Source: Geobacter sulfurreducens PCA (GTDB lineage Bacteria; Desulfobacterota; Desulfuromonadia; Geobacterales; Geobacteraceae). From it: a stretch of 32,000 nucleotides of DNA. Shown piece after piece: positions 26,705 to 32,000 of this stretch. Within the stretch, counting starts at the first letter, position 1. Every line of letters starts with the position of its first letter. The position numbers and the translations under genes are program-made. The stretch lies in assembly GCF_000007985.2 (NCBI RefSeq), contig NC_002939.5:1560001-1592000 (forward strand). Direction: 5' to 3'. The notes under the pieces are model-generated. The model saw nothing but the letters and a program-made list of their open reading frames with translations. It was not told the DNA's origin and did no database searches.

Positions 26705-27571
26705 TCAGGCGTGGGAGTGTTTTCGTTGCGCTGCCAGTTCTTTTACTTTTTCCGCCAAGCTGTGGGCAACGGCAAGACCGCCGCGGCCGCGCCCCAGCTC
26801 CACGTCGTCCTCGAAGCCGTGGAAGTCGGATCCTCCCGTCATCAGCAGCCCGAATTCCTCGGCGAGGCGTTCGAGGTAGAGCATGTCGTCCTTGAAGCAG
26901 AGGTTGTTGAACACTTCGAGTCCGTCAAGCCCCAGCTGCGCCAGTTGTTCGACAACCTGTCGCAACCGGCGCCGGTCATCGGTAATGGTCGGGGGGTGCG
27001 CTAACACCGACACGCCGCCAATGCGGCGGATTTCGGCAATTGCCTCGCCGGCCGGCATGTAACGCTTCGGTACGTTACAGGGGATCAGATAGCGCCGAAA
27101 GGCGTCTTCCATGTCCCGCGCATACCCATTATCGACCAGTACGCGGCCGATATGAGGCCGACCCACGGCGCCGCCGGCCATGGAAAGGACCTCATCATAG
27201 GAAAGGGGCGCCTTGCGGGAGTGGAGCAGCCGGCGGTTGATCTTTTCGAGGATCGCCTTGCCCCGGTTGTCGCGCGCGGACCTGAAGCCGGCGAGTTTAT
27301 CGCGAAAGGCTGGATCGTGGTGATCAATGCAGTAGCCGAGAATGTGCAGGTCGCTGAAGCGTCCCAGTTCAACGGAAAGCTCCACGGCGGGGATGACGTC
27401 GACGCCGAGCCGCACGCCTTCCGCCACGGCCTCGTCAATGCCGTCAACGGCATCGTGATCGGCAATGGCGAGCGATGCCAGCCCTCGCTCGGCGGCCATG
27501 GCGACCAGGACGGCCGGGGCAAGAACTCCGTCGGAATGGTATGAGTGAACGTGAAGATCGATCAGTTTCAT
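26705..27571 (-). CDS. PHP-domain phosphoesterase (TrpH/YciV-like)
   Basis: 'MKLIDLHVHSYHSDG', 'IADHD' and 'LAHP...GGSDFHG' are PHP metal-binding motifs. Confidence 0.88.
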   Translation of the reverse strand: MKLIDLHVHSYHSDGVLAPAVLVAMAAERGLASLAIADHDAVDGIDEAVAEGVRLGVDVIPAVELSVELGRFSDLHILGYCIDHHDPAFRDKLAGFRSARDNRGKAILEKINRRLLHSRKAPLSYDEVLSMAGGAVGRPHIGRVLVDNGYARDMEDAFRRYLIPCNVPKRYMPAGEAIAEIRRIGGVSVLAHPPTITDDRRRLRQVVEQLAQLGLDGLEVFNNLCFKDDMLYLERLAEEFGLLMTGGSDFHGFEDDVELGRGRGGLAVAHSLAEKVKELAAQRKHSHA

Positions 27572-27659
27572 GGTGTGTTACCCTCTCTGTCAACTAAACC
27601 ACGCCATGACAGCCTTGGCAAGGGACTAATGTATACATGGGAGTGTTTTCACATTGACG

Positions 27660-27688
27660 TTGCCATGATTGGTCCATTCCGATAGAAT
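27660..27688 (+). promoter_or_regulatory. Candidate sigma70 promoter for the small membrane protein / nth operon
   Basis: TTGCCA (27660-27665), 17-nt spacer, TAGAAT (27683-27688). Confidence 0.45.
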
Positions 27689-27734
27689 GCCCGGTTGCAG
27701 GCTGGGCCAGGCATGGAGGGAAAGGGAGATTTTA

Positions 27735-27965
27735 ATGGTCAAGGATAAGGGGATCGCTCTGGCGGTCGTGGCGATGGGGCTGTATGTGCTCGGCGGGGTG
27801 TTGACGTTTGCAGGGCTGTACCTGATCGGGTTCATGGAAGGCCGTGATTTCTTCGGATGGGGAGACGGAAGAACCCTTGGGTATCTCTTTTTCTGCGTGG
27901 GAATATCGCTGTCGATCCTGGGTGTACTTCTGATGCGCATCTTCAGGAACCGGGGATTTTCATGA
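27735..27965 (+). CDS. Small two-TM membrane protein
   Basis: 'MVKDKGIALAVVAMGLYVLGGVLTFAGLYLIGF...' with a second TM 'LGYLFFCVGISLSILGVLLM'. GGAGGGAAAGGGAG lies upstream of ATG 27735. Its stop overlaps the nth start (ATGA). Confidence 0.6.
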   Translation: MVKDKGIALAVVAMGLYVLGGVLTFAGLYLIGFMEGRDFFGWGDGRTLGYLFFCVGISLSILGVLLMRIFRNRGFS

Positions 27966-28618
27966 AAGAAAGCGATATCCACGTCGTCATGGCCGGCTTG
28001 GCTGAGGCCGTGAAACAGTGGCCGTCCCCCGCCGTTACCATCGTTTCGCAGCGGGAGGGCAATCCCTTCAAGGTCCTCGTCTCCTGCATCCTGTCGCTGC
28101 GCACCCAGGACCGGACTACCGGACCGGCATCGGAGCGTCTCTTCGCTCTGGCGGATACACCCGCCGCAATGGTGCGTTTGTCAAAGGACGACATCGAGAA
28201 GGCTATCTATCCTGTGGGTTTTTACCACACCAAGGCTGAACAGATCCTCGAAATCTGCCGTGTTCTTCTGGAACGGTACGACGGCGGAGTTCCCGATGAA
28301 CTCGATGAGCTTCTCGCATTCAAGGGGGTCGGGCGCAAAACGGCAAACTTGGTGATCACTCTCGGTTTCGGGAAGCCGGGAATCTGCGTCGACACCCACG
28401 TCCACCGAATCTGCAACCGCTGGGGATACATCAGGACCAAGACTCCTGAGCAAACGGAGTTTTCTCTGCGTCGTATCCTTCCGCATCGCTATTGGCTGGT
28501 CATTAACGACTACCTTGTTACCTTTGGCCAGAATCACTGCACTCCCGTTTCCCCCCGCTGTTCAACTTGTGTCCTTGCCCAATGGTGCGACTGCGTAGGG
28601 GTTGCGAAGCATCGATAG
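27962..28618 (+). CDS. nth: Endonuclease III family DNA glycosylase/lyase (HhH-GPD, [4Fe-4S])
   Basis: HhH 'FKGVGRKTANLV' with the catalytic Lys, 'VDTHVHR' Asp, and the Fe-S loop 'CTPVSPRCSTCVLAQWC' (Cx6Cx2Cx5C). Confidence 0.88.
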   Translation: MKESDIHVVMAGLAEAVKQWPSPAVTIVSQREGNPFKVLVSCILSLRTQDRTTGPASERLFALADTPAAMVRLSKDDIEKAIYPVGFYHTKAEQILEICRVLLERYDGGVPDELDELLAFKGVGRKTANLVITLGFGKPGICVDTHVHRICNRWGYIRTKTPEQTEFSLRRILPHRYWLVINDYLVTFGQNHCTPVSPRCSTCVLAQWCDCVGVAKHR

Positions 28619-28795
28619 TGCCGCGGAGCCGGTAATGTACGAAAATCATTTGCCGATGGAAACATTTAACGGTATCTTTTTTTCAGTTTGATGTGCCGTA
28701 TTTTTTAAACTGGACTATTGTCTCGGCGCACAAGAGCATGTACTATTGTGAACCATCCGTGACAGTGTTTTATCATGCGAACCAGGAGGCATTAT

Positions 28796-29662
28796 ATGCT
28801 GAGAAAAGTCGGTTTCTTGGGGTTGGGTACGGTCGGGCGGCACATGGCTGCCAACCTCTTGAAGGGGAATTACGAACTGGCGGTTTATGATTCTGACCCG
28901 GCAGCGGTTGCTGATCTGGCGGCCCTGGGCGCCACGGGAGCAGCCACGCCCCGTGAGGTTGCCAAGGGAAGGGATATCGTCATCCACATCCGTCCCGAGA
29001 AAGAGCGGCTTCGTCCCGACATCTACGGTCCTGACGGGATTTTCGCGGGTATTGACCCCGGCACGATCCTTGTCGACATGGGAACCCACTCTCTGACGAG
29101 CACCATGGAGATGGCCGATGAGGCCGCCAAGCATCGCGTCATGTTCCTTGACGCGCCGGTGTGGGGAACCAAGGAGCATGCCGCCAACGGCCTGTTGACC
29201 ATCCTGGCGGGAGGGGATCCCTCGCTGGTCGGGCGCTGCCGCGAACTGTTCTCCTTCTTTGGGCTGAATATCATCCATGTGGGAAGCATCGGAGACGCTA
29301 CCCGGATGAAGTTTGTGGTGAACCTGGTCCAGGCCGAACTCATGCAAGCCCTTGCCGAGTCCATCGTGTTCGGAGAGAAGCTTGGATTTACCGCTGACCG
29401 GATTCTTGAAGTGCTCGATTCGGGCGGAGTGGCCTCGCCCCTCTTCCACTCAAAGGGGCGCAGCATTGCCCGTGGTGATTTCACCCGGAATCTGGCCCTT
29501 AAATACGTGCACGAACAACTGGAGCTGGTGCTGGAAAAGGCTGAAAAACTGGGTCTGGAACTGCCGGCAGCCAAGGTGGCCTGCGCCACCTATGAGCAGG
29601 GCGTCAAGGACGGGCGGGGTGAGGAAGACTTCTCTTCGGTCGTGAAGGTGCTCAGAAAATAA
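28796..29662 (+). CDS. NAD(P)-dependent oxidoreductase, 3-hydroxyisobutyrate dehydrogenase / 6-PGDH-NAD-binding family
   Basis: Rossmann motif 'VGFLGLGTVGRHMAANL' and 'DAPVWGT'. AGGAGG SD lies before ATG 28796. Confidence 0.85.
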   Translation: MLRKVGFLGLGTVGRHMAANLLKGNYELAVYDSDPAAVADLAALGATGAATPREVAKGRDIVIHIRPEKERLRPDIYGPDGIFAGIDPGTILVDMGTHSLTSTMEMADEAAKHRVMFLDAPVWGTKEHAANGLLTILAGGDPSLVGRCRELFSFFGLNIIHVGSIGDATRMKFVVNLVQAELMQALAESIVFGEKLGFTADRILEVLDSGGVASPLFHSKGRSIARGDFTRNLALKYVHEQLELVLEKAEKLGLELPAAKVACATYEQGVKDGRGEEDFSSVVKVLRK

Positions 29663-29697
29663 CAGCATTTCCGGAAAGCTGCATTGTCGATGTTCCC

Positions 29698-29731
29698 AAA
29701 AGGGGGGGCCGTTCAGACGGCTCCCCCTTTT
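29698..29731. terminator. Bidirectional hairpin terminator; the rlmD-like stop codon lies in its loop
   Basis: 14-bp stem 29698-29711 / 29718-29731 with one G-U pair and loop TTCAGA. Flanked by an A-run and a T-run. Confidence 0.75.
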
Positions 29732-31200
29732 GCCTTGTGGCTGGCCCGGGGACGGCTGCGCTCTTTGGCCGGCGACTCAAGCCGGTCATTGCGCGGCAAC
29801 TTCTTGACAAGCAAGGCTATGTTCTCCACGTGGGGGGTCTGGGGGAACATGTCGACGGGTTGCACCCGGAGGGTGGCATACCCCAGGCCGGCGAGGATGT
29901 CCAGGTCGCGGGCGAGGGTGGCAGGGGCGCAGGAAACGTAGACTATCCGCGCAGGTCCGGCTGCGGCGACTTTATTGAGAACGCCAGCGTCACATCCCTT
30001 TCGCGGTGGATTGAGTACGACCAGGTCAAGACGTTCACCCTCCTCCACGAGTTCCTCAATCAGTTCGGCTGCATCACCCGCCTCGAAGCTGCAGTTGTGG
30101 ATGCGGTTCAGCCGGGCGTTGCTTTCGGCGTCGTTTACCGCCGCTTCCACAACTTCAATGCCGTGAACCTCGCGGGCCGTGCCCGCGAGAAAGAGTGCGA
30201 TGCCACCGATGCCGCAGTAAAGATCGACAACGGACTCCTTGCCGGTCAGGCTGCTCCATTGGCGGACCGTCTCGTATATGATCCGGGCCCCGCCGCTGTT
30301 TACCTGAAAGAAGGACCGGGGTGAAATGGTGAAGCGGATGCCGCCCAACTCCTCCGTAAGGGCATGCTGGCGGGTCAGAAAGTAGTCCCGCTGTCCGAGG
30401 ATGACATTCCCCTCCGATGAGTTGACGTTCTGAACAACTACCTCGACCTGGGGGACGCTCTGCTGCAGGTGCTTCGCCAGGTGGTGGATTTCATTGTAGT
30501 TGCGCTCGACCGTGACAAACACCGCCATGGCCGTGCCCGTCCGTTCCGAAATCCGTACCACCAGATAACGGAGAAGGCCGCTTCCGGTCCGCGGATTGTA
30601 GACCTGGACCTTGCACTTGGCGATTCCCTCCTTCACGGCTGTAACGACTCGGTTGATAAGAGGATGATGGAGGGGGCATGTGCCGATATCCATGACCTGA
30701 TGGCTGTTGCGTCGGTAAATGCCGATCACCGGGCGGCGGAACGTCCCAGAAACCACCAGTTTCGCCGAGTTGCGATAGTGAAGCTGATTGGGGGAGGGAA
30801 GTGTCGCCAGCACCTCCGCAGCGCCCAACGTCTGGTAGCGGCGGATCTGACGCTCGGTGAAGGTGCGCTTCCAGTTTAGCTGGTCCGGATAATGCATAAC
30901 GATCAGCGGACAGCCGTCGCAACTGCCGGCCCTTTTACAGGAGGGCTGTGCAAGTCTTGCCCGCGATGGGGTGAGCACCTCGACCGCTTCTGCGTGGAGG
31001 TGCCTTTTGCCCACGTGGGTAAGGCGAGCCCGCACCCGTTCATCAGGTAAAGCCCCTATCACATGGACGTTGGTACCGTCATGGGTGCCGATACCGTTTC
31101 CATCCTCGTCGAGGGCGGTAACGGCAAGCTCGATCAGATCACCTCGTTTGGAGGAGGGGCCGGCTGCGAGTACGGTTTTGGGAGATCGTTTTTTATTCAT
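29713..31200 (-). CDS. rlmD: 23S rRNA (uracil-C5)-methyltransferase, RlmD/RumA family (TRAM + Fe-S + SAM MTase)
   Basis: TRAM 'GDLIELAVTALDEDGNGIG', Cys cluster 'CKRAGSCDGCPL', SAM motif 'VVDLYCGIGGIAL' and the catalytic 'VYVSCAPATLARD'. ATG 31200 places the TRAM domain at the usual distance from the N-terminus; the ORF track's TTG 31317 is probably too early. Confidence 0.85.
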   Translation of the reverse strand: MNKKRSPKTVLAAGPSSKRGDLIELAVTALDEDGNGIGTHDGTNVHVIGALPDERVRARLTHVGKRHLHAEAVEVLTPSRARLAQPSCKRAGSCDGCPLIVMHYPDQLNWKRTFTERQIRRYQTLGAAEVLATLPSPNQLHYRNSAKLVVSGTFRRPVIGIYRRNSHQVMDIGTCPLHHPLINRVVTAVKEGIAKCKVQVYNPRTGSGLLRYLVVRISERTGTAMAVFVTVERNYNEIHHLAKHLQQSVPQVEVVVQNVNSSEGNVILGQRDYFLTRQHALTEELGGIRFTISPRSFFQVNSGGARIIYETVRQWSSLTGKESVVDLYCGIGGIALFLAGTAREVHGIEVVEAAVNDAESNARLNRIHNCSFEAGDAAELIEELVEEGERLDLVVLNPPRKGCDAGVLNKVAAAGPARIVYVSCAPATLARDLDILAGLGYATLRVQPVDMFPQTPHVENIALLVKKLPRNDRLESPAKERSRPRASHKAKGGAV

Positions 31201-31207
31201 GGCTTCA

Positions 31208-31236
31208 GTTAAACAGGAATCTTCAGGGATTGTCAA
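31208..31236 (-). promoter_or_regulatory. Candidate promoter placing the TSS at or next to the rlmD ATG (leaderless)
   Basis: The minus strand reads TTGACA (31236-31231), a 17-nt spacer, TTTAAC (31213-31208), then 7 nt to ATG 31200. There is no SD. Confidence 0.4.
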
Positions 31237-31346
31237 TGACTCAGGCCGGTGGATGAACAGTGGTTTGAGTTGCATCCTGAGAAGAATTTTACTAATATTT
31301 TCAATTTTTCCATGCAACGGCTAGCAGTTCAGGGGGCATCTGAGAC

Positions 31347-32000
31347 ATGGTCGAGCTTTACTTGCATCTGCTAACTACCGGCATGATCAGGGATTTCATC
31401 GTTGCGGTGAATATCCTGCTCTTTGTCGTCACACTCGGTCTTTTCCTGACCCTTTTGTTTCACAAGGTTTACGTGGAGAGGCGCACCCGCCGCCTTGCTG
31501 CTCTCAAGGAGCGGTATCTCGAAGAGCTGACGCACAAATGCTATGAACCAACCCTTGCGATCCCGAAGCCGACCACGGCACTGGAGTACGATGCTCTTGG
31601 CGCCGTGTTTGCCACGATGCTCGTGAACGTCTCCGGCGCCATGGCCGCCAGCGTGCGATGCTTCATCCGCGAACTGGGCATTGATGCCTATTACCGGGCT
31701 CGCGTCCGGTCCCGCTCGTGGGTGAAGAGGTATGTGGCGGTCGAGAAACTCGGCTATTTCGGCTTTCCCGAGCTGAAGCCCCTGTTTCGTTCACTGCTCG
31801 ATACCGAGAGGGATACGCGGATCATTCCCAAGCTCGTCTGGGCTCTCAGCGTGATTGCCGACCGTGACGACGTGCCATTCATCAATCGCGTCCTGAAAGA
31901 TCCCCTGTTCATGTCAGCCAAGTTCAACGAATATATTTACACGAATATTATTCGTGCGTTCCGTGAGCGGGATCAGGAGCAGGAACTGCTGGAACTGTTC
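31347..32000 (+). CDS. Membrane-anchored HEAT-repeat protein, N-terminal part (continues beyond window)
   Basis: Not in the ORF track because it has no stop. ATG 31347 is preceded by an in-frame TGA, and 218 codons stay open to the window end. One TM 'FIVAVNILLFVVTLGLFLTLLF' is followed by HEAT/PBS-lyase-like repeats ('VKRYVAVEKLGYFGFPELKPLFRSLLD...'). Confidence 0.6.
   Translation, partial: MVELYLHLLTTGMIRDFIVAVNILLFVVTLGLFLTLLFHKVYVERRTRRLAALKERYLEELTHKCYEPTLAIPKPTTALEYDALGAVFATMLVNVSGAMAASVRCFIRELGIDAYYRARVRSRSWVKRYVAVEKLGYFGFPELKPLFRSLLDTERDTRIIPKLVWALSVIADRDDVPFINRVLKDPLFMSAKFNEYIYTNIIRAFRERDQEQELLELF

Noticed and set aside
1-32000. Mobile elements, CRISPR arrays, tRNA/rRNA genes, prophage or defence islands
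   Set aside because: By eye I saw no transposase or integrase-like ORFs, no regularly spaced direct repeats, no tRNA T-arm/acceptor signatures, and no strong compositional island apart from short lower-GC intergenic regions. A proper scan (tRNAscan-SE, ISEScan, CRISPR-finder) is still needed to be definitive.

Overview
High-GC (~60%) chromosomal segment that looks like a Geobacter/Desulfuromonadales core genome. This is inferred from gene content and composition, not from a search. I support about 30 protein genes, 4 clear intrinsic terminators and several sigma70-like promoters. I saw no rRNA, tRNA, CRISPR array or IS/transposase.

Gene order:
- 1-1950 (+): partial YhaN/SbcC-like ATPase, HIT protein, DUF4124 protein.
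- 1951-2599: 0.65-kb gene-free gap.
- 2600-3382 (+): lgt.
- 3391-9365 (-): operon with an APH/P-loop kinase, a small membrane protein, an SSS(SLC5)-GAF-PP2C phosphatase (frameshifted), a STAS antagonist and an RsbW-like kinase.
- 9648-14816 (+): TPR lipoprotein plus an Opp/Dpp-type binding protein and two permeases, with no ATPase.
- 14843-17063 (+): hypothetical protein, M48 peptidase, DUF815 ATPase.
- 17222-19329 (+): the mercury-methylation pair hgcA-hgcB, then a secreted beta-carbonic anhydrase.
- 19413-24721: hybrid histidine kinase and orphan PF04392-type binding protein (-), divergent from a TonB-dependent receptor (+).
- 24850-26401 (+): an unlisted 33-codon ORF, an attenuator-like terminator, and a radical SAM/SPASM enzyme with an N-terminal RRE-like domain.
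- 26462-32000: small protein, PHP protein, small membrane protein, endonuclease III, HIBADH-type dehydrogenase, RlmD-type methyltransferase, partial HEAT-repeat membrane protein.

Most interesting items:
1. The hidden precursor-peptide/rSAM-SPASM cassette next to the TonB receptor, a candidate uncharacterised RiPP system.
2. A strongly SD-led 13-codon ORF in frame with hgcA, ending ...Pro-Cys-TGA-Gly, with a SECIS-like hairpin right after the TGA. This may be a Cys-Sec N-terminal extension of HgcA.
3. A transporter-like sensor phosphatase heading a partner-switching module, split by a 1-nt indel in a homopolymer.
4. An orphan consensus promoter facing a bidirectional terminator in the gene-free gap.
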